DNA of 64,000 bases from Raillietiella orientalis (lineage: Eukaryota), in contig JAYWIR010000146.1 of the NCBI GenBank assembly GCA_036172245.1, positions 1-64,000 on the forward strand. Reading direction: 5' to 3'. How positions within the stretch are numbered: the first letter of the stretch is position 1; each line of letters begins with the position of its first letter. Made by a program: the position numbers and the translations under genes. The notes below the pieces were generated by a model. That model was given only the letters and a program-made list of their open reading frames with translations. It was not told the DNA's origin and did not search any database. Below are positions 1-10,411 of the stretch, piece after piece.

Positions 1-278
1 TTTCCTGGTTTCAGAGGTGGATTAAGAAAAGTGCGACATTTGATTAGGGTGGGACACGTTGCACTCAGTGTTGTTTTCATGGCAACCACTATCGGAATTA
101 GAAAGTGAATTATAGAATTCGATCTGAATCATTTTATGGTACAAATTTACATCTTTTGCTAGTTTGTAATGGATTCGAAGTAAGGAGATTTCACCATTGC
201 ACTTTTGCGCTTCTTCACGAAGCATCCGTTGGCAGCACGTGGAAATCTACCGGCATGGATCACCACACTACTTTGCGA
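1..278 (+). repeat. Representative monomer (arbitrary phase), 278-bp type with ACCATTGCACTTTTGCGCTTCTTC / GGAAATCTACCGGCATGGATCACCACAC
   Basis: The next monomer starts at 279 (TTTCCTGCGTTTAGAGGTGG). The following monomers are 276 bp (279-554) and 277 bp (555-831). Hand count for 1-278 is 51 C and 63 G. Confidence 0.95.
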
Positions 279-776
279 TTTCCTGCGTTTAGAGGTGGAT
301 TAAGAAAAGTCCGACATTTGATTAGGGTGGGACACTTTGCACTCCGTGTTGTTTTGAAAACAACCACTGTCGGAGTTAAAAAGTGAATTTTTTAATTCGA
401 CCTGATTCATGGTATGGTATAAATTTACATCTTTTGCTGGTTTGTAATCAATTGGAATTGAGGAGATTTCACCATGCACTGTTGCGCTTTTTCAAGAAGC
501 ATCCGTTGCAGCGCGAGGCAATCTACCGTCATGGATAACCGCACCACCTTGCGATTTCCTGGTTTCAAAGGTGGATTAAGAAAAGTCCGACATTTGATTA
601 GGGTGGGACATTTTGCACTACGTGTTGTTTTGAAAACAACCACTGTCGGAGTTAAAAAGTGAATTTTTTAATTCGACCTGATTCATGGTATGGTATAAAT
701 TTACATCCTTTGCTGGTTTGCAATCAATTCGAAGTGAGGAGATTTCACCATGCACTGTTGCGCTTTTTCACGAAGC

Positions 777-793
777 ATCCGTTGGCAGCGCGA
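777..793 (+). other. Degenerate CENP-B-box-like 17-mer ATCCGTTGGCAGCGCGA (example; present in most monomers)
   Basis: It matches YTTCGTTGGAARCGGGA at 13/17 positions but only 6/9 of the binding-critical positions (NTTCGNNNNANNCGGGN). This is resemblance only, with no evidence of binding. Confidence 0.3.
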
Positions 794-3700
794 GGCAATC
801 TACCGTCATGGATAACCGCACAACCTTCCGATTTCCTGGTTTCAGAGGTGGATTAAGAAAAGTCCGACATTTGATTAGAGTGGGACACGTTGCACTCCGT
901 GTTGTTTTGATAACAACCACTGTCGGAGTTAAAAAGTAATTTTTTTAATTCGAGCTGATTCACGTTATAATATAAATTTACATCCTTTGCTGGTTTGCAA
1001 TCAATTCGAAGTGAGGAGATTTCACCATGCACTGTTGCGCTTTTTCACGAAGCATCCGTTGGCAGCGCGAGGCAATCTACCGTCATGGATAACCGCACAA
1101 CCTTCCGATTTCCTGGTTTCAGAGGTGGATTAAGAAAAGTCCGACATTTGATTAGAGTGGGACACGTTGCACTCCGTGTTGTCTTGATAACAACCACTGT
1201 CGGAGTTAAAAAGTGAATTTTTTAATTCGATCTGATTTATGGTATGGTATAAATTTACATCTTTTGCTGGTTTGTAATCAATTCGAAGTGAGGAGATTTC
1301 ACCATGCACTGTTGCGCTTTTTCACGAAGCATCCGTTGGCAGCGCGAGCCAATCTACCGTAATGGATTACCGCACTATCATGCGATTTCCTGGTTTCAGA
1401 GGTGGATTAAGAAAAGTGCGACATTTGATTAGGGTGGGACACGTTGCACTCCGTGTTGTTTTCATGGCAACCACTATCGGAATTAGAAAGTGAATTATTA
1501 AATTCGATCTGAATCATTTTATGGTACAAATTTACATCTTTTGCTGGTTTGTAATGGATTCGAAGTAAGGAGATTTCACCATTGCACTTTTGCGCTTCTT
1601 CACGAAGCATCCGTTGGCAGCACGTGGAAATCTACCGGCATGGATCACCACACTACCTTGCGATTTCCTGCGTTTAGAGGTGGATTAAGAAAAGTCCGAC
1701 ATTTGATTAGGGTGGGACACTTTGCACTCCGTGTTGTTTTGAAAACAACCACTGTCGGAGTTAAAAAGTGAATTTTTTAATTCGATCTGATTCATGGTAT
1801 GGTATAAATTTACATGTTTTGCTGGTTTGTAATCAATTAGAAGTGAGGAGATTTCACCATGCACTGTTGCGCTTTTTCACGTAGCATCCGTTGGCAGCGC
1901 GAGGCAATCTACCGTAATGGATAACCGCACCATCATGCGATTTCCTGCTTTCAGAGGTGGATTCAGAAAAGTCCGACATTTCATTAGGGCGGGGCACTTT
2001 GCACTCCGTGTTGTTTTCATGGCAACCACTATCGGAATTAGAAAGTGAATTATTTAATTCGATGTGATTCATTTTATGGTACAAATTTCTATCTTTTGCT
2101 TGTTTGTAATCAATTCGAAGTGAGGAGATTTCACCATGCACTGTTGCGCTTTTTCACGAAGCATCCGTTGGCAGCGCGAGGCAATCTACCGTCATGGATA
2201 ACCGCACCACCTTACGATTTCCTGGTTTCAGAGGTGGATTTAGAAAACTGCGACATTTGATTAGGGTGGGACACTTTGCATTCCGTGTTGTTTTCATCGC
2301 AACCATTGGGAATGAGAAGGGGAATTTTTTTATTCGATCTGCATCATTTTATGGTACAAATTTACATCTTTTGCTGGTTAGTAATGAATTCGAAGTAACG
2401 AGATTTCACCATTGCACTTTTGCGCTTCTTCACGAAGCAACCTTTGGCAGCGCGAGGAAATCTACCGGCATAGATCACCACACTACCTTGAGATTTCCTG
2501 CGTTTAGAGGTGGATGAAGAATAGTCCGACATTTCATTAGGGCGGGGCACTTTGCACGCCGTGTTGTTTTCATGGCAACCACTGTCGGAATTAATAAGTG
2601 AATTATTTAATTCGATCTGATTCACGGTATGGTATAAATTTACATCTTTTGCTGGTTTTTAATCAATTCGAAGTGAGGAGATTTCACCATGCACTGTTGC
2701 GGTTTTTCACGAAGCATCCGTTGGCAGCGCGAGGCAATCTACCGTAATGGATTACCGCACTATCATGCGATTTCCTGGTTTCAGAGGTGGATTAAGAAAA
2801 GTGCGACATTTGATTAGGGTGGGACACGTTGCACTCAGTGTTGTTTTCATGGCAACCACTATCGGAATTAGAAAGTGAATTATTAAATTCGATCTGAATC
2901 ATTTTATGGTACAAATTTACATCTTTTGCTAGTTTGTAATGGATTCGAAGTAAGGAGATTTCACCATTGCACTTTTGCGCTTCTTCACGAAGCATCCGTT
3001 GGCAGCACGTGGAAATCTACCGGCATGGATCACCACACTACTTTGCGATTTCCTGCGTTTAGAGGTGGATTAAGAAAAGTCCGACATTTGATTAGGGTGG
3101 GACACTTTGCACTCCGTGTTGTTTTGAAAACAACCACTGTCGGAGTTAAAAAGTGAATTTTTTAATTCGACCTGATTCATGGTATGGTATAAATTTACAT
3201 CTTTTGCTGGTTTGTAATCAATTGGAATTGAGGAGATTTCACCATGCACTGTTGCGCTTTTTCAAGAAGCATCCGTTGCAGCGCGAGGCAATCTACCGTC
3301 ATGGATAACGGCACCACCTTACGATTTCCTGGTTTCAGAGGTGGATTTAGAAAACTGCGACATTTGATTAGGGTGGGACACTTCGCATTCCGTGTTGTTT
3401 TCATCGCAACCATTGGGAATGAGAAGGGAAATTTTTTTATTCGATCTGCATCATTTTATGGTACAAATTTACATCTTTTGCTGGTTAGTAATGAATTCGA
3501 AGTAACGAGATTTCACCATTGCACTTTTGCGCTTCTTCACGAAGCAACCTTTGGCAGCGCGAGGAAATCTACCGGCATAGATCACCACACTACCTTGAGA
3601 TTTCCTGCGTGAGAGGTGGATGAAGAATAGTCCGACATTTCATTAGGGCGGGGCACTTTGCACGCCGTGTTGTTTTCATGGCAACCACTGTCGGAATTAA

Positions 3701-6700
3701 TAAGTGAATTATTTAATTCGATCTGATTCACGGTATGGTATAAATTTACATCTTTTGCTGGTTTGTAATCAATTCGAAGTGAGGAGATTTCACCATGCAC
3801 TGTTGCGGTTTTTCACGAAGCATCCGTTGGCAGCGCGAGGCAATCTACCGTAATGGATTACCGCACTATCATGCGATTTCCTGGTTTCAGAGGTGGATTA
3901 AGAAAAGTGCGACATTTGATTAGGGTGGGACACGTTGCACTCAGTGTTGTTTTCATGGCAACCACTATCGGAATTAGAAAGTGAATTATAGAATTCGATC
4001 TGAATCATTTTATGGTACAAATTTACATCTTTTGCTGGTTTGTAATGGATTCGAAGTAAGGAGATTTCACCATTGCACTTTTGCGCTTCTTCACGAAGCA
4101 TCCGTTGGCAGCACGTGGAAATCTACCGGCATGGATCACCACACTACTTTGCGATTTCTGCGTTTAGAGGTGGATTAAGAAAAGTCCGACATTTGATTAG
4201 GGTGGGACACTTTGCACTCCGTGTTGTTTCATGGCAACCACTGTCGGAGTTAAAAAGTGAATTTTTTAATTCGACCTGATTCATGGTATGGTATAAATTT
4301 ACATCTTTTGCTGGTTTGTAATCAATTGGAATTGAGGAGATTTCACCATGCACTGTTGCGCTTTTTCACGAAGCATCCGTTGGCAGCGCGAGGCAATCTA
4401 CCGTCATGGATAACCGCACCACCTTGCGATTTCCTGGTTTCAGAGGTGGATTAAGAAAAGTCCGACATTTGATTAGGGTGGGACACTGCACTACGTGTTG
4501 TTTTGATAACAACCACTGTCGGAGTTAAAAAGGAATTTTTTAATTCGAGCTGATTCATGTTATTGTATAAATTTACATCCTTTGCTGGTTTGTAATCAAT
4601 TCGAAGTGAGGAGATTTCACCATGCACTGTTGCGCTTTTTCACGAAGCATCCGTTGGCAGCGCGAGGCAATCTACCGTCATGGATAACCGCACAACCTTC
4701 CGATTTCCTGGTTTCAGAGGTGGATTAAGAAAAGTCCGACATTTGATTAGAGTGGGACACGTTGCACTCCGTGTTGTTTTGATAACAACCACTGTCGGAG
4801 TTAAAAAGTGAATTTTTTAATTCGATCTGATTCATGGTATGGTATAAATTTACATCTTTTGCTGGTTTGTAATCAATTCGAAGTGAGGAGATTTCACCAT
4901 GCACTGTTGCGCTTTTTCACGAAGCATCCGTTGGCAGCGCGAGCCAATCTACCGTAATGGATTACCGCACTATCATGCGATTTCCTGGTTTCAGAGGTGG
5001 ATTAAGAAAAGTGCGACATTTGATTAGGGTGGGACACGTTGCACTCCGTGTTGTTTTCATGGCAACCACTATCGGAATTAGAAAGTGAATTATTAAATTC
5101 GATCTGAATCATTTTATGGTACAAATTTACATCTTTTGCTGGTTTGTAATGGATTCGAAGTAAGGAGATTTCACCATTGCACTTTTGCGCTTCTTCACGA
5201 AGCATCCGTTGGCAGCACGTGGAAATCTACCGGCATGGATCACCACACTACCTTGCGATTTCCTGCGTTTAGAGGTGGATTAAGAAAAGTCCGACATTTG
5301 ATTAGGGTGGGACACTTTGCACTCCGTGTTGTTTTGAAAACAACCACTGTCGGAGTTAAAAAGTGAATTTTTTAATTCGATCTGATTCATGGTATGGTAT
5401 AAATTTACATGTTTTGCTGGTTTGTAATCAATTAGAAGTGAGGAGATTTCACCATGCACTGTTGCGCTTTTTCACGTAGCATCCGTTGGCAGCGCGAGGC
5501 AATCTACCGTAATGGATAACCGCACCATCATGCGATTTCCTGCTTTCAGAGGTGGATTCAGAAAAGTCCGACATTTCATTAGGGCGGGGCACTTTGCACT
5601 CCGTGTTGTTTTCATGGCAACCACTATCGGAATTAGAAAGTGAATTATTTAATTCGATGTGATTCATTTTATGGTACAAATTTCCATCTTTTGCTGGTTT
5701 GTAATCAATTCGAAGTGAGGAGATTTCACCATGCACTGTTGCGCTTTTTCACGAAGCATCCGTTGGCAGCGCGAGGCAATCTACCGTCATGGATAACGGC
5801 ACCACCTTACGATTTCCTGGTTTCAGAGGTGGATTTAGAAAACTGCGACATTTGATTAGGGTGGGACACTTTGCATTCCGTGTTGTTTTCATCGCAACCA
5901 TTGGGAATGAGAAGGGGAATTTTTTTATTCGATCTGCATCATTTTATGGTACAAATTTACATCTTTTGCTGGTTAGTAATGAATTCGAAGTAACGAGATT
6001 TCACCATTGCACTTTTGCGCTTCTTCACGAAGCAACCTTTGGCAGCGCGAGGAAATCTACCGGCATAGATCACCACACTACCTTGAGATTTCCTGCGTTT
6101 AGAGGTGGATGAAGAATAGTCCGACATTTCATTAGGGCGGGGCACTTTGCACGCCGTGTTGTTTTCATGGCAACCACTGTCGGAATTAATAAGTGAATTA
6201 TTTAATTCGATCTGATTCACGGTATGGTATAAATTTACATCTTTTGCTGGTTTGTAATCAATTCGAAGTGAGGAGATTTCACCATGCACTGTTGCGGTTT
6301 TTCACGAAGCATCCGTTGGCAGCGCGAGGCAATCTACCGTAATGGATTACCGCACTATCATGCGATTTCCTGGTTTCAGAGGTGGATTAAGAAAAGTGCG
6401 ACATTTGATTAGGGTGGGACACGTTGCACTCAGTGTTGTTTTCATGGCAACCACTATCGGAATTAGAAAGTGAATTATAGAATTCGATCTGAATCATTTT
6501 ATGGTACAAATTTACATCTTTTGCTAGTTTGTAATGGATTCGAAGTAAGGAGATTTCACCATTGCACTTTTGCGCTTCTTCACGAAGCATCCGTTGGCAG
6601 CACGTGGAAATCTACCGGCATGGATCACCACACTACTTTGCGATTTCCTGCGTTTAGAGGTGGATTAAGAAAAGTCCGACATTTGATTAGGGTGGGACAC

Positions 6701-7655
6701 TTTGCACTCCGTGTTGTTTTGAAAACAACCACTGTCGGAGTTAAAAAGTGAATTTTTTAATTCGACCTGATTCATGGTATGGTATAAATTTACATCTTTT
6801 GCTGGTTTGTAATCAATTGGAATTGAGGAGATTTCACCATGCACTGTTGCGCTTTTTCAAGAAGCATCCGTTGCAGCGCGAGGCAATCTACCGTCATGGA
6901 TAACCGCACCACCTTGCGATTTCCTGGTTTCAGAGGTGGATTAAGAAAAGTCCGACATTTGATTAGGGTGGGACACTTTGCACTCCGTGTTGTTTTGATA
7001 ACAACCACTGTCGGAGTTAAAAAGTGAATTTTTTAATTCGATCTGATTCATGGTATGGTATAAATTTACATCTTTTGCTGGTTTGTAATCAATTCGAAGT
7101 GAGGAGATTTCACCATGCACTGTTGCGCTTTTTCACGAAGCATCCGTTGGCAGCGCGAGGCAATCTACCGTAATGGAACCGCACTATCATGCGATTTCCT
7201 GGTTTCAGAGGTGGATTAAGAAAAGTGCGACATTTGATTAGGGTGGGACACGTTGCACTCCGTGTTGTTTTCATGGCAACCACTATCGGAATTAGAAAGT
7301 GAATTATTTAATTCGATCTGAATCATTTTATGGTACAAATTTACATCTTTTGCTGGTTTGTAATGGATTCGAAGTAAGGAGATTTCACCATTGCACTTTT
7401 GCGCTTCTTCACGAAGCATCCGTTGGCAGCACGTGGAAATCTACCGGCATGGATCACCACACTACTTTGCGATTTCCTGCGTTTAGAGGTGGATTAAGAA
7501 AAGTCCGACATTTGATTAGGGTGGGACACTTTGCACTCCGTGTTGTTTTGAAAACAACCACTGTCGGAGTTAAAAAGTGAATTTTTTAATTCGACCTGAT
7601 TCATGGTATGGTATAAATTTACATCTTTTGCTGGTTTGTAATCAATTGGAAGTGA

Positions 7656-10411
7656 GGAGATTTCACCATTGCACTTTTGCGCTTATTCACGAAGCATCCA
7701 TTGGCAGCGCGAGGAAATCTACCTTCATAGATCACCACATTACCTTGAGATTTCCTGAGTTTCAAGGTGGATGAAGAATAGTCCGACATTTCATTAGGGC
7801 GGGTCACTTTGCAATCCGTGTTGTTGTCATGGCAACCACTGTCGGAAATGATAAGTGAATTATTTAATTCGATCTGATTCACGGTATGGTATAAATTTAC
7901 ATCTTTTGGTGGTTTGTAATCAATTCGAAGTGAGGAGATTTCACCATGCACTGTTGCGCTTTTTCGCGAAGCATCCGTTGGCAGCCCGAGGCAATCTACC
8001 GTCATGGATAAACGCACCATCATGCGATTTCCTGGTTTCTGAGGTGGATTGAGAAAATTCCCAAATTTCATTAGGGCGGGGCACTTTGCACTCCGTGTTG
8101 TTTTCATGGCAACCACTGTCGGAATTGAAAAGTGAATTATTTAATTCGATCTGATTCACGGTATGGTATAAATTTACATCTTTTGCTGATTTGTAATCAA
8201 TTCGAAGTGAAGACATTTCACCATGCACTCTTGCGCTTCTTCACGAAGCATCCGTTGGCAGCCCGTGGCAATCTCCCGTCATGGAAAAACGCACCATCTT
8301 GCGATTTCCTGGATTCAGAGGTGGATTAAAAAAAGTCCCACATTTGATTAGGGTGGGACACTTTGCATTCCGTGTTGTTTTCATCGCAACCATTGGGAAT
8401 GAGAAGGGGAATTTTTTTATTCGATCTGAATCATTTTATGGTACAAATTTACATCTTTTGCTGGTTTGTAATGAATTCGAAGTAAGGAGATTTCACCACT
8501 GCACTTTTGCGCTTGTTCACGAAGCATCCATAGGCAGCGCGAGGAAATCTACCGGCATAGATCACCACACTACCTTGAGATTTCCTGCGTTTAAAGGTGG
8601 ATTAAGAATAGTCCGACATTTCATTAGGGCGGGGCAATTTGCAATCCGTGTTGTTGTCATGGCAACCACTGTAGGAAATGATAAGTGAATTTTTTAATTC
8701 GATCTGATTCATAGTGTGTTACAAATTTACATCTTTTGCTGGTTTGTAATCAATTCGTAGTACGGAGATTTCACGATTGCACTGTTGCGCTTTTTCACGA
8801 AGCTTCCGCTGGCAGCGCGAGGCAATCTACCGTCATGGATAACCGCACCACCTTACGATTTCCTGGTTTCAGAGGTGGATTAATAAAAGTGCGACATTTG
8901 ACTAGGGCGGGGCACTTTGCACTTCGTGTTGTTTTCATGGCAACCACTGTCGGAGTTAAAAAGTGAATTTTTTAATTCGATATGATTCATTTTATGGTAC
9001 AAATTTACATCTTTTGCTGGTTTGTTATCCATTCGTAGTAAGGAGATTTCACCATTGCACTGTTGCGCTTTTTCACGAAACATACGTTGGCAGTGCGAGG
9101 CAATCTACCGTCATGGATAACCGCACAACCTTCCGATTTCCTGGTTTAAGAGGTGGATTAAGAGAAGTCCGACATTTGATTAGGGTGGGACACTTTGCAC
9201 TCCGTATTGTTTTCATGGCAACCACTGTCGGAATTAGAAAGAGAATTATTTAATTCGATCTGATTCATAGTGTGGTACAAATTTCCATCTTTTGCTGGTT
9301 TGTAATCAATTCGAAGTGAGGAGATTTCACCATGCACTGTTGCGCTTTTTCACGAAGCATCCGTTGGCAGCCCGTGGCAATCTCCCTTCATGGAAAGACG
9401 CACCACCTTGCGATTTCCTGGATTCAGAGGTGGAATAAAAAAAGTCCCACATTTGATTAGGGTGGGACACTTTGCATTCCGTGTTGTTTTCATCGCAACC
9501 ATTCGGAATGAGAAGGGGAATTTTTTTATTCGATCTGAATCATTTTATGGTACAAATTTACATCTTTTGCTGGTTTGTAATGAATTCGAAGTAAGGAGAT
9601 TTCACCATTGCACTTTTGCGCTTATTCACGAAGCATCCATTGGCAGCGCGAGGAAATCTACCTTCATAGATCACCACACTACCTTGAGATTTCCTGAGTT
9701 TCAAGGTGGATGAAGAATAGTCCGACATTTCATTAGGGCGGGTCACTTTGCAATCCGTGTTGTTGTCATGGCAACCACTGTCGGAAATGATAAGTGAATT
9801 ATTTAATTCGATCTGATTCACGGTATGGTATGAATTTACATCTTTTGGTGGTTTGTAATCAATTCGAAGTGAGGAGATTTCACCATGCACTGTTGCGCTT
9901 TTTCGCGAAGCATCCGTTGGCAGCCCGAGGCAATCTACCGTCATGGATAAACGCACCATCATGCGATTTCCTGGTTTCTGAGGTGGATTGAGAAAATTCC
10001 CAAATTTCATTAGGGCGGGGAACTTTGCACGCCGTGTTGTTTTCATGGCAACCACTGTCGGAATTGAAAAGTGAATTATTTAATTCGATCTGATTCACGG
10101 TATGGTATAAATTTACATCTTTTGCTGATTTGTAATCAATTCGAAGTGAAGACCTTTCACCATGCACTCTTGCGCTTCTTCAAGAAGCATCCGTTGGCAG
10201 CCCGTGGCAATCTCCCGTCATGGAAAAACGCACCATCTTGCGATTTCCTGGATTCAGAGGTGGATTAAAAAAAGTCCCACATTTGATTAGGGTGGGACAC
10301 TTTGCATTCCGTGTTGTTTTCATCGCAACCATTGGGAATGAGAAGGGGAATTTTTTTATTCGATCTGAATCATTTTATGGTACAAATTTACATCTTTTGC
10401 TGGTTTGTAAT
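7656..10411. repeat. 7-monomer-period duplication (offset 1,939 bp): 7656-8472 repeated at 9595-10411
   Basis: ORF pairs 7855/9794, 7941/9880, 8132/10071 and 8281/10220 are all offset by 1,939. Both copies share the rare variants GCGCTTATTCAC, TTTTCGCGAAG and GAGAAAATTCCCAAATTTC. Confidence 0.88.

Larger units (their letters stand above)
1..7655. repeat. HOR domain 1: alternating ~5-monomer blocks (10-mer-like HOR) with internally deleted copies
   Basis: Blocks begin at 1, 1386, 2771, 3877, 4981, 6366 and 7195 (5, 5, 4, 4, 5 and 3 monomers). 1386-2770 is nearly identical to 4981-6365 (offset 3,595). Variants GCACTCAGTG, GAGCCAATC, GGATTACCGC and CAATTGGAATTG were seen only in this domain. 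Confidence 0.85.

Noticed and set aside
44..49. Interstitial telomeric repeat
   Set aside because: There is only a single TTAGGG per monomer and it is never tandem.
12..126. tRNA/SINE-derived unit (GGTGGATTAAG A-box-like, ATTCGATC B-box-like)
   Set aside because: The matches are poor, the motifs are ~100 bp apart and no cloverleaf can be formed. No 5S rRNA or snRNA similarity was recognised.
1..278. Hammerhead-ribozyme-encoding satellite (as in newt, schistosome or cave-cricket satellites)
   Set aside because: I found no CTGANGA core on either strand: the plus strand has CTGATTC/CTGAATC and the minus strand has CTGAAAC. An Infernal/Rfam scan would be the definitive test.
8336..8400. Apparent compensatory change in the TCCGA/TCGGA stem (TCCCA...TGGGA)
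   Set aside because: The commoner form of this monomer type pairs TCCCA with TCGGA (a mismatch), and other TGGGA copies carry CTGCGA, so covariation is not consistent.
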